Below, in pieces: positions 9,332 through 17,239 of a DNA stretch of 64,000 bases; position 1 is the first letter of the stretch; each line of letters starts with the position of its first letter. This stretch comes from an uncultured Candidatus Poseidoniales archaeon (GTDB lineage: Archaea > Thermoplasmatota > Poseidoniia > Poseidoniales > Thalassarchaeaceae). The stretch covers positions 19,097 to 83,096 of the forward strand of contig CACOAW010000003.1 in assembly GCA_902625325.1 (NCBI GenBank), written 5' to 3'. A program made the position numbers and the translations under genes. The notes under the pieces were generated by a model that did not search any database, had not been told where the DNA came from, and worked only from the letters and a program-made list of their open reading frames with translations.

Positions 9332-9409
9332 GCTCCTGTGGTGTAGTACGGTCCATCATTCCGGGTTTTCATCCCGGCGACCCGGGTTCAAATCCCGGCA
9401 GGAGCACCA
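9332..9409 (+). tRNA. tRNA-Glu (anticodon UUC), 75 nt plus encoded CCA
   Basis: Acceptor GCTCCTG/CAGGAGC, anticodon stem CCGGG/CCCGG with loop TTTTCAT, T arm CCGGG-TTCAAAT-CCCGG, discriminator A then CCA. Confidence 0.9.
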
Positions 9410-9487
9410 AGACAGACTCTAGAATGGCCCATTCGGCCATACACGAATTCAAAACTCACAGCCTCCTGGGGATGCTCAGTTGATGAC

Positions 9488-10720
9488 ATGGGAATGGATG
9501 TAGAATCGATTAGGAAAGATTTCCCGATTCTTGATAGGAAACTGCCAAATGGCAAGCAGTTAGTCTATTTCGACAATGCAGCCACGTCTCAGAAACCCCA
9601 ATGCGTAATAGACGCGATGTCTGAGTACTACTCGGAATACAATTCGAACGCTCATAGGGCAAATCATACTCTGGCTGACGAGGCAACTACTGCTCTTGAG
9701 GCGGCTAGGAAGTCCATTTCCTCCTTTTTTGGAACCTCTCCTGAACAGATGGTCTACACAAGCGGAGCCACCGAGGCCATCAATCTGGTCTCTTATGCAT
9801 GGGCCCGAGAGAACCTCTCCTCTGGAGATGTGATAGTTCTCACTGAAATGGAGCATCACGCTGACATAGTTCCTTGGCAACAACTATCCAAGGAGAAAGG
9901 TGTAGAAGTTCGTTACGTCCCGATAGACACAGACTCTTTCACTCTTGACATGAATGCGTTCGAGGTGGCCGTTTCCGGAGCATCACTCGTCTGCGTGGTG
10001 CATACCAGCAATGTTCTAGGAGTCAGGAACCCCATAGAGAGGATTGTGACACTCTCCCATTCCCAAGGTGCTAGAGTTCTGTTGGACTGCGCACAGGGAG
10101 CTCCTCATGAGAGAATTAGCTTCGATAATTCCGGAGTAGACTTCATGGCGATATCTGCCCACAAAATGGGGGGGCCAACTGGAATAGGGTGCCTCTTGGT
10201 GAAGCGAGACGCAATGGAGCAGATGACCCCATTCATGACCGGAGGCTCAATGATAAAGACGGTGAGTGTCGAAGGATCCACCTTCCAGGAGGGACATGCA
10301 ATGCTGGAAACCGGAACCCCCAGGATCGCCGAAGCAATAGGTTGGGGGGCTGCTGTCGAATGGCTGGACAGGCATGACATGAAAGAGATACATTCGCACA
10401 TAAACAGAATTGCATCCTGGACCGCTGAACAAATATCGGAGATAGATGGCATAACCGTCTACGGAGACCCAACCAGAGGGGATAGCAGCGGGGCCGTCTC
10501 TTTCCTCCACGAATCAATACAGTCACAGGATCTCGCCCTTCTGTTGGACGAGGGTGGATTCGCAGTGAGGACAGGGCATCACTGTGCACAGCCTCTAATG
10601 GACGCTCTGGGAGTCCCATCTACCAACAGGGCCTCTTTCTGGCTTTACAACACCATGGACGAGGCAGAAGCATTCGTCGAGCATCTGAGATATGTTGTCG
10701 ATAGGTTTTCGGACAAGTGA
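9488..10720 (+). CDS. sufS: cysteine desulfurase, SufS-type (class V aminotransferase)
   Basis: YFDNAATSQKP, ISAHKMGGPTGIG (PLP-Lys), RTGHHCAQP (catalytic Cys loop). Confidence 0.9.
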   Translation: MGMDVESIRKDFPILDRKLPNGKQLVYFDNAATSQKPQCVIDAMSEYYSEYNSNAHRANHTLADEATTALEAARKSISSFFGTSPEQMVYTSGATEAINLVSYAWARENLSSGDVIVLTEMEHHADIVPWQQLSKEKGVEVRYVPIDTDSFTLDMNAFEVAVSGASLVCVVHTSNVLGVRNPIERIVTLSHSQGARVLLDCAQGAPHERISFDNSGVDFMAISAHKMGGPTGIGCLLVKRDAMEQMTPFMTGGSMIKTVSVEGSTFQEGHAMLETGTPRIAEAIGWGAAVEWLDRHDMKEIHSHINRIASWTAEQISEIDGITVYGDPTRGDSSGAVSFLHESIQSQDLALLLDEGGFAVRTGHHCAQPLMDALGVPSTNRASFWLYNTMDEAEAFVEHLRYVVDRFSDK

Positions 10721-11195
10721 TGAGCAATTTCAAGTCGAATGGTCCCGAGGCGATGACGTGGACGATGGGAGGAGATGGCCAGAGCAGTTGGACTCCATTA
10801 TCGAGGAGTTCTCATCCTGCTTCGACTCCATGGAGAGGTACGAGCTTCTTTTCCAATACGCAAAGAGGAATCCCTCCCCTTTGCCCGTCGAAGAGTGGGA
10901 GGATGGAAACCAAGTACATGGTTGCCAATCACGCGCACATGTCTCTTGCGACCTTGACGACGAGGGGCAATTCGTCCTGAGGGGCGGGGCCGATGCACAG
11001 ATCGTGCAGGGCCTGATTGCGGTAACCGCGATTGCTGTGAACGGCATGAGTCCTTCATATGTCGCGGCAATGTCACCAGAATTCGCGGACTCCATGGGCA
11101 TAAGGTCATCCCTAACGCCAAGCAGAGCAAACGGTTTCCTGAATATGTTCAAGAGGGTCCAAGAAGAGGCTTCCTTGCTATCGGGGAGGACTTAG
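10692..11195 (+). CDS. sufE: SufE-like sulfur acceptor
   Basis: ERYELLFQYAKR and VHGCQSRAHV (the SufE active-site Cys motif). The start is either ATG 10692 (29-nt overlap with sufS) or GTG 10758. Confidence 0.7.
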   Translation: MLSIGFRTSDEQFQVEWSRGDDVDDGRRWPEQLDSIIEEFSSCFDSMERYELLFQYAKRNPSPLPVEEWEDGNQVHGCQSRAHVSCDLDDEGQFVLRGGADAQIVQGLIAVTAIAVNGMSPSYVAAMSPEFADSMGIRSSLTPSRANGFLNMFKRVQEEASLLSGRT

Positions 11196-11196
11196 G

Positions 11197-11502
11197 TTGG
11201 TCAGTGAATCGGAAGTGATGGACTCTCTGTCTAATGTCGAGGATCCCGAACTAAATCTGAAGGTTACCGATTTGGGATTAATTTACTCCGTGGATATTAG
11301 CTCAAGCCATGTAGAGGTTGAGATGACCCTTACTAGTCCGGGTTGTCCCGTCGCTCCAGAGTTGATGGCTGCTGTGCATAGGGCAGCTTTGGCTACAGAG
11401 GGAATCGAAAGCGTTCAAGTGAACCTGACTTTCTCCCCCCCATGGGATCCTAGAATCCACTCTTCCGAGGACGCGAAGTTCGAGATGGGAATTTTTGACT
11501 AA
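11197..11502 (+). CDS. DUF59 / SufT-like Fe-S assembly protein
   Basis: VEDPELNLKVTDLGLIY...MTLTSPGCPVAPEL is the canonical DUF59 (MIP18) motif. Confidence 0.75.
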   Translation: MVSESEVMDSLSNVEDPELNLKVTDLGLIYSVDISSSHVEVEMTLTSPGCPVAPELMAAVHRAALATEGIESVQVNLTFSPPWDPRIHSSEDAKFEMGIFD

Positions 11503-12377
11503 ACCAGTTGTAATTCTGCGGCCTTGAGCGTATTTTCCATCAGCATGGCTATTGTCATCGGCCCTACTCCGCCTGGGACGGGGGTGATCCAACCTGCGAC
11601 CTCCGAAACCTCGGGAGAAACATCCCCTGCCAACCCGCCTTCTACACGAGAAATACCAACGTCAACGACGAAAGCGCCCTTCTTCACCCATTCTTTCTCC
11701 ACCATATGGGGTCTGCCAACTGCAGCAATCAGTATGTCTGCCTGATTGCATATTGAGGAAATACCCTCGGTCTTCGAGTGAACTATGGTGACCGAAGCAT
11801 CACAACCAGGCTGTGCCAGCATTAGGGCCATGGGCATCCCCACTATCCTTGAGCGACCCAGAACCACAGCTCTAGCCCCTCGAGTTCTCACTCCGCTAGA
11901 CTCTAGCATCCTCATAACTCCAGACGGAGTACAGGGCATTAGCCCCCCAGCCCGCCCCTGTACCAGTTTGCCAAGATTTACAGGATGGAATCCGTCTACA
12001 TCCTTTTGCGGGAGTATGGACGATGCGATTGCCAGTTCGTTGACTCCATCCGGAGCTGGACTTTGAACTAGTATTCCGTGAATATTTGGGTCCGAGTTGA
12101 GAGAATTAACTACTTCTAGGATTTCTTCTAGATTCGAACTTCCCGGCATGTCGATTCGAGTGCTAATTATTCCACACCTCTCACACGCTCGCTCTTTGTT
12201 CTTAACATACACATGACTAGCCTGGTCGTCTCCCGCTATCACTACAGCAAGGTGAGGGGCAACTCCTTGTCCTATCAGTGAAGAAACTCTCTCCGATACC
12301 TCTTCTTGGATTTCTATCCCTAGAGCCTTTCCATCAACAATCCGTGCGCTCACGCTAACTCGAACGTAGCTTGGCAT
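11499..12377 (-). CDS. folD: bifunctional methylenetetrahydrofolate dehydrogenase/cyclohydrolase
   Basis: LAVVIAGDDQASHVYVKNKERAC, HGILVQSP, VVLGRSRIVGMPMALML, PVPGGVGPMTIAML. Confidence 0.9.
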   Translation of the reverse strand: MPSYVRVSVSARIVDGKALGIEIQEEVSERVSSLIGQGVAPHLAVVIAGDDQASHVYVKNKERACERCGIISTRIDMPGSSNLEEILEVVNSLNSDPNIHGILVQSPAPDGVNELAIASSILPQKDVDGFHPVNLGKLVQGRAGGLMPCTPSGVMRMLESSGVRTRGARAVVLGRSRIVGMPMALMLAQPGCDASVTIVHSKTEGISSICNQADILIAAVGRPHMVEKEWVKKGAFVVDVGISRVEGGLAGDVSPEVSEVAGWITPVPGGVGPMTIAMLMENTLKAAELQLV

Positions 12378-12389
12378 TTGACAATTGGC

Positions 12390-12623
12390 TCATATCGGAG
12401 TCCAGAATCCCAATGCTCTAGCTACGCACCAACCTGACCAACCTTCGAAGATAGCAAATGACCCCCCACCAATCAGAGAGGCAGGAAACAGCCACGTTGC
12501 GCCAACGTCAACCCCCTGAATATAGAGGAAAGATGCTGCGACAATTCCGACTAGTACTCCGAGCGATCCCGATATCAAACGAAGGAATTTCCCTCTAGAG
12601 CCTATATTGCATTCTAGTTTCAC
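12390..12623 (-). CDS. small membrane protein, DUF2892 (YgaP-like)
   Basis: NIGSRGKFLRLISGSLGVLVG near the N-terminus and GWCVARALGF near the C-terminus fit the DUF2892 pattern. Two TM segments. Confidence 0.45.
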   Translation of the reverse strand: MKLECNIGSRGKFLRLISGSLGVLVGIVAASFLYIQGVDVGATWLFPASLIGGGSFAIFEGWSGWCVARALGFWTPI

Positions 12624-12645
12624 AGATATTTTTTTTCAATTGTTA

Positions 12646-12655
12646 CTTATAAAAA
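12646..12655 (-). promoter_or_regulatory. candidate archaeal TATA box (TTTTTATAAG on the minus strand) for the DUF2892 gene
   Basis: Its centre lies ~27 nt upstream of ATG 12623, the spacing expected for a leaderless archaeal mRNA. It sits in the A/T-rich spacer downstream of tRNA-Thr. Confidence 0.35.
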
Positions 12656-12698
12656 TCTGTTTTAGAGAATGCATAGTAAAACCTCTCAATTCGGACTT

Positions 12699-12775
12699 TG
12701 GAGCCCCAGGAGGGATTCGAACCCCCGGCCGTCTGATTACAAATCAGATGCTCTACCAGGCTGAGCTACTGAGGC
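12699..12775 (-). tRNA. tRNA-Thr (anticodon UGU), 74 nt plus encoded CCA
   Basis: Minus-strand read: GCCTCAG-TA-GCTC-AGCCTGGTA-GAGC-A-TCTGA-TTTGTAA-TCAGA-CGGCC-GGGGG-TTCGAAT-CCCTC-CTGGGGC-T-CCA. Confidence 0.9.
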
Positions 12776-12824
12776 TTGCACTTCGCTAAGACATCCTCCA
12801 CTTGAACCCTCCACATTGTGAGAT

Positions 12825-13268
12825 GTGGCAAGTTCTCATATCTCGCTGTTCTGTCGAACATCCATGGGCTCGAAACACCGCGTCTCGAACCGCCAATTGA
12901 ATACTATAATTTCTGCCTGGCTTTGCATCGCTATTGGCTCTGGGCTCGCCCTAAGCGACGGGTCTACCTTCTCCATTGGACTCTCAGCCCCCCTTTCCAT
13001 CGGGGGGGTGATTCTATTGGTGGTGGGAATCGCAATGGGAAATGTTGCCGAGAAATCTTCTTCACACGAAGAGTGGGAACCATCGGCCATAGAGTTGCGC
13101 GACGCAGGTAGGCCTATGTTTAGAGTTGACACTACCTTGGACGAGCCGATTAGAACATCGATACTGTGTGGGAGATGTGCTGAGATAACTTGGACAGAGG
13201 GCAGGAAGCCCAAGACCTTCACATGCCCATCTTGCGGGGTCGATCTGTGGAAGTCAGAGGAAGAGTGA
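12825..13268 (+). CDS. hypothetical membrane protein with C-terminal zinc ribbon
   Basis: Two predicted TM helices, then CGRC...(16 aa)...CPSC. The start may be ATG 12864. Confidence 0.4.
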   Translation: MASSHISLFCRTSMGSKHRVSNRQLNTIISAWLCIAIGSGLALSDGSTFSIGLSAPLSIGGVILLVVGIAMGNVAEKSSSHEEWEPSAIELRDAGRPMFRVDTTLDEPIRTSILCGRCAEITWTEGRKPKTFTCPSCGVDLWKSEEE

Positions 13269-13299
13269 GCTAGGGAAGCCAATTCTCGGCAACCGTCAA

Positions 13300-14829
13300 G
13301 TGTTGATGACTTCTGGAATGAACGGAGACGTAGATATGGATCTCGGAAACAATGAGCGTAGGATGCTGCGGGCGATGCTATCTGACTCTTCAAGGGAGTG
13401 GACTTTGCCACAACTTCTCTCAGAAACTGGCTGGGAAGATCAGGTCCACGTTGCCGGAGCGGGGAAGAAACTCGAAGAGGAGGGGTTGCTTGAATTGAGT
13501 GAGTCATCCTCTAGGATGGTTTCCCTGGGCGATGAAGGCCAAAGGGCCTCTGAGAATGGTCTATTGGAATCAAGGCTATGGGGATGGATGTTGGAGTTAG
13601 ATGGAGAAAAAAGAACCATGAAGTCTCTGATGTCATCGGATTTCGATAGAACGGAGGCTGGACCGGGGATAGGGATTCTGAAAGGCCTTGGTATCGAGAT
13701 AGAATCAGGCATTTTCATCATATCAGACGACTCGAAAATCTCACAAGAAATCGATAGAAGGTCTGAATTCATTCTGTCTCTTTCAGAGGGTGCAGTTGAA
13801 TCCTCTAACCTGGATTCAGAGATGCTATCTCACTTCTCATCTAGAAGCGGTTTGCTCGATTTCGAGGACGTAACCATCAGAACTTGGAAACTGACTAAAA
13901 CCGGCTCTTCGTTAGACTCCTCATCTCTGAAGGAGACCAAACTGATAGGCGAGGTGACTCCAGAGATGTTGCAGACCGAGTCATGGATAGGGGCCGAATT
14001 CAAGCCGTTCGACGTAGAGGCACCTGCTCCCATGCCAACAGGGGGCAGGAGGCACCCAATGCAGTCGCTCATCGAGCGGATTCGTTCGGTCTTCCTCGAG
14101 ATGGGCTTCTCAGAGATAGAAGGCGACTACGTTCAATCAGCCGGCTGGAACATGGATTCGTTGTTCATCCCCCAGTCACACCCCGCAAGAACCATGCAAG
14201 ACACATTCTATCTAAATCAGCCTAGAAATGTGGAAGTCGAAGAGGAATACCTCGATTTATGGGCGAGGGTGCATGAGCACGGTCATGATACGGGTAGTAA
14301 GGGATGGGGCGGTTCCTTCGACAAAAAAGAGTCTCAGAGGGCCCTGCTAAGGACACACACCACGGTTAATACCGTCAGGCATATCGCTGACAACCCCCAC
14401 ACTCCGTCCCGAGTCTTCGGAATCGGGAGGGTGTTCAGGCAGGAGACCATAGACAGAACCCATATGCCGGAGTTCCACCAAATAGAGGGAATAATCCACG
14501 AGCCCGATGCAAGCCTACCAATGCTAATCTCGACCTTGAAGACCTTCTATTCAAAGATGGGATATCCAGATGTCAGAGTCAGACCCGCGTACTTCCCTTA
14601 CACAGAACCAAGCGCAGAGGTCGACATACTCTGGAAGGGAGAGTGGCTCGAGCTCGGAGGGTCCGGAATCTTCAGGCCAGAAGTTACAGAACCATTGGGT
14701 ACCGAGTGGCCGGTATGCGCCTGGGGAATGGGACTCGAGAGACTGGCAATGCTGGTTCTAGGTCTGGACGACATTAGGCAACTGTATCAGCCAGACCTAG
14801 AGAGGCTGCGGAAGATGCCCCTCCTTTGA
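13300..14829 (+). CDS. pheS: phenylalanine--tRNA ligase alpha subunit (archaeal/eukaryotic type)
   Basis: Class II aaRS core: HPARTMQDTFY, LRTHTT, GRVFRQE..D.TH..EFHQIEG, GSGIFRPEV, WGMGLERLAM. Long N-terminal winged-helix region. Confidence 0.9.
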   Translation: MLMTSGMNGDVDMDLGNNERRMLRAMLSDSSREWTLPQLLSETGWEDQVHVAGAGKKLEEEGLLELSESSSRMVSLGDEGQRASENGLLESRLWGWMLELDGEKRTMKSLMSSDFDRTEAGPGIGILKGLGIEIESGIFIISDDSKISQEIDRRSEFILSLSEGAVESSNLDSEMLSHFSSRSGLLDFEDVTIRTWKLTKTGSSLDSSSLKETKLIGEVTPEMLQTESWIGAEFKPFDVEAPAPMPTGGRRHPMQSLIERIRSVFLEMGFSEIEGDYVQSAGWNMDSLFIPQSHPARTMQDTFYLNQPRNVEVEEEYLDLWARVHEHGHDTGSKGWGGSFDKKESQRALLRTHTTVNTVRHIADNPHTPSRVFGIGRVFRQETIDRTHMPEFHQIEGIIHEPDASLPMLISTLKTFYSKMGYPDVRVRPAYFPYTEPSAEVDILWKGEWLELGGSGIFRPEVTEPLGTEWPVCAWGMGLERLAMLVLGLDDIRQLYQPDLERLRKMPLL

Positions 14830-14842
14830 CAAAGATACTGAA

Positions 14843-15952
14843 TCACTCTTCTGCTAGTGCCTTTACATCTTGCAGGAAATCTCCGACATCCCAGTGGATG
14901 CCTGAGTATGCGACCCTCTTCCTCTGCTCCTTGTCAATGATGAAAGTAACAGTCGAGTGCCCAATCTCGTATTCTCCCAGACTCTCTTCATGCGGGTCTG
15001 TGAGGTTTCTATCATTCACTTCGGTGCTTCCTACTGGAACACAAGACATCCAGTCGTCGGAACCCCTGCCCCATCCGTCATCGCACATGCAATGGGCGCT
15101 CGCTCCCGTACCCATGACCCATCCCCTGTCATTGCAATCAACACCAGGGGGCATCATGCTCAAATTTGCATTACTCGCTATCCATGCCAAGTGGGTATCG
15201 AATCCAATGTCCATTTCGGAGATTCTAGCATCAGTGGGATCCCATGTTTCGTCTGAGCCATTCCAGATATGGAGTACCCACTCCCATGATTCATCCGCGG
15301 TCCAGTTCCCAATCGTTCCATTCCTGATGTCGTATTCCATTTCGGCATTCACCGTTAGCGCGTATTCAGCGAGTTCTCCCCCATTGCTGTAGCACGATAC
15401 GTTGAATGCGTCTATACATGGGTTGTCAGTCACCACCGTGGAGTTGTCTGGGCTCATAACTACGAATCTCAGCATCGCCTCTTCCGGCGGAAGGCTGTTC
15501 GCAATGTGATCGGCATCCACAACGACCTTCCATTCATCCCATACTGCTTGAATAACAGAGCCCCTGTCGTGGGTAAGGTGATTCCATTCGTACCCTCTCG
15601 CAGTTGTCCATTCCAAGAGCCTCTGAGTATTATCCTTAGCAGGATCTATGGTTATTGAGATGAACTCGACGAATTCAGACTCGCTTCCAAGGTTCTTGCT
15701 CACGTAGTCGATGTTAGAGGATATGATCAGACAAACATCTGGACAGGCAGTGTAGATGAAAGCAACAACTACGACCTTCCCATCAAAATCGGAAAGGGAA
15801 ACGTCCTCCCCAAACTGGTTTTCCAGAGTGAAGTCCGGCGCATCGGGCGGATTCTTGTATTCCGTCCCCAGTATCTCCGTCCCCTCAGGGCCAATGCATC
15901 CTGCAAGTAGGAAGGAGAAGACCAAAATCGCCGCTCCGACCCTCACAGACAT
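14843..15952 (-). CDS. Sco1/SenC-family lipoprotein with ~170-aa Cys/Trp/Asn-rich insertion
   Basis: Lipobox LLAGC; thioredoxin-fold motif GKVVVVAFIYTACPDVC (CxxxC) and distal His in EIGHSTVTFIIDKEQRKRV. The insert between them contains CMCDDGWGRGSDDWMSC. Confidence 0.8.
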   Translation of the reverse strand: MSVRVGAAILVFSFLLAGCIGPEGTEILGTEYKNPPDAPDFTLENQFGEDVSLSDFDGKVVVVAFIYTACPDVCLIISSNIDYVSKNLGSESEFVEFISITIDPAKDNTQRLLEWTTARGYEWNHLTHDRGSVIQAVWDEWKVVVDADHIANSLPPEEAMLRFVVMSPDNSTVVTDNPCIDAFNVSCYSNGGELAEYALTVNAEMEYDIRNGTIGNWTADESWEWVLHIWNGSDETWDPTDARISEMDIGFDTHLAWIASNANLSMMPPGVDCNDRGWVMGTGASAHCMCDDGWGRGSDDWMSCVPVGSTEVNDRNLTDPHEESLGEYEIGHSTVTFIIDKEQRKRVAYSGIHWDVGDFLQDVKALAEE

Positions 15953-15979
15953 GGACCTGCTTCCTGGTTAGGGATTATT

Positions 15980-16708
15980 TCACTCTTCTTCCACTAGGCT
16001 CAGTATGTCTTCAAGAACGAGCTCAGGGTTCCAGTCCGTGTCTCCCCACCATACCCTTTGCCTCATCTGCTTGTCAACTATGATCGTGCCTGTTGTGTGA
16101 TCCACCCAGTAGTCAAGTGGGTGGTGGTTAGTCACCACGTCCCCCTCTGGCTGCTGGGTCTCCTTTCCACACCCGTTGTTATCCACCACTTCACCTTCTG
16201 GTGTGTCGGGGCAACTGTCGAATCCATCCGCGACTCCGTCGTTGTCAACATCCGTGTCATACGTTGTTAGGCCTACGTCGAAGTTCATCCAAACAGGCTC
16301 CAAGTCCTCGACTGCACCCGTTAGATGTGGCCATCCAAGCTCCCTAGTAGAGGCATAATTGTTCAGAACACTTGCATTGTCCGTCCACGGATCGACTGTA
16401 ACAGTCAGGATCTGAACAGAAGAGCCATGCAGATCGCCCAGTTCCTGCTCGACGAATGCCAGATTGGCACTGACCACTGGGCAGATGTCCGGACATCTTG
16501 TGAATAGGAAGGCCACCACCACCACCTTCCCTTCGAAATCAGACATAGAGACAGTATCCCCATTCTCATCTACTAGAACGAAATCATCCACTGAAATGGG
16601 AGGGGAGATATCCTCTCCGTAGAAATCATCGACCTCGCCCGAGAGGCATCCGGAAGAGGAAATTACCAACAACGAGAGGAAAACAGACAAAATCCTGTTA
16701 ATCTTCAT
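15980..16708 (-). CDS. Sco1/SenC-family lipoprotein with thrombospondin-type-3-like Ca-binding insert
   Basis: Lipobox SSSGC; GKVVVVAFLFTRCPDICP (CxxxC); VDHTTGTIIVDKQMRQRV. The insert is DTDVDNDGVADGFDSCPDTPEG. Confidence 0.8.
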   Translation of the reverse strand: MKINRILSVFLSLLVISSSGCLSGEVDDFYGEDISPPISVDDFVLVDENGDTVSMSDFEGKVVVVAFLFTRCPDICPVVSANLAFVEQELGDLHGSSVQILTVTVDPWTDNASVLNNYASTRELGWPHLTGAVEDLEPVWMNFDVGLTTYDTDVDNDGVADGFDSCPDTPEGEVVDNNGCGKETQQPEGDVVTNHHPLDYWVDHTTGTIIVDKQMRQRVWWGDTDWNPELVLEDILSLVEEE

Positions 16709-17238
16709 TCATCCCCTCCCTTTGCCGTAATTATAACTACTGAGAAAACCAAAATAAGCATGACTGTTAATGCTAGAAGAGAATCATTCTTTCCACTCGA
16801 ATCCTCATTCGCAGAATCTTCTGAGTTGAATGAGTATCCTGTAGGGGGCCCCGCCTCCTCGTGGAGGTCGGGCATTACAGTCAGGTTTAGCGTATTCCAG
16901 ATGGTCCCGTTTTCGAATATATCAAGATAGTAATTTCCCGCTGGCCATCTGTCCCAGTCCAGTATGAAAGAGCACTCATCCCTTATCGACGAGGAGTTAC
17001 TCGGCTCCGTCTCGCACCTCTGATCGTATTCGCCATTCCCATCCAGGTCCACTCTGATCGTCCTGTTGGTATCAGCCACGTTGTAGAACGTGACGGAGTC
17101 GTTCTGCATCACTTCAGCCAGTCCTGGTTGAAGGCTAGACCCCCTCATGATGATCGAGAAGTCATTCGCTCCGTGACCAGATGCCATCGGCATTGCGAAT
17201 GAGGACATCAGAAGTGCTATGACTAGGGCCCTGCTCAT
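16705..17238 (-). CDS. secreted cupredoxin-like protein with C-terminal TM anchor; predicted mature N-terminus is His
   Basis: Start ATG 17238 lies 1 nt after the upstream stop. Signal peptide MSRALVIALLMSSFAMPMASG, then HGANDF. LQPGLAEVMQNDSVTFYN resembles the first cupredoxin strand pair. C-terminal anchor LLALTVMLILVFSVVIIT. Its stop overlaps the next start (ATGA). Confidence 0.55.
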   Translation of the reverse strand: MSRALVIALLMSSFAMPMASGHGANDFSIIMRGSSLQPGLAEVMQNDSVTFYNVADTNRTIRVDLDGNGEYDQRCETEPSNSSSIRDECSFILDWDRWPAGNYYLDIFENGTIWNTLNLTVMPDLHEEAGPPTGYSFNSEDSANEDSSGKNDSLLALTVMLILVFSVVIITAKGGDE

Positions 17239-17239
17239 T

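Noticed and set aside
9424-9440. Perfect 6-bp hairpin ATGGCC-cattc-GGCCAT just downstream of tRNA-Glu
   Set aside because: It is short, lacks a following T-tract and could arise by chance. A terminator or processing signal is possible but unsupported.
12836-13507. 223-aa minus-strand ORF spanning the Zn-ribbon membrane protein gene and the pheS start
   Set aside because: It overlaps two better-supported + strand genes and is Ser/Pro/Arg-rich with no recognisable motif. I treat it as a shadow ORF.
14826-15392. 188-aa + strand ORF antisense to the Sco1 gene
   Set aside because: It lies entirely within the Sco1-family CDS on the opposite strand and has a Ser/Pro-rich shadow composition.
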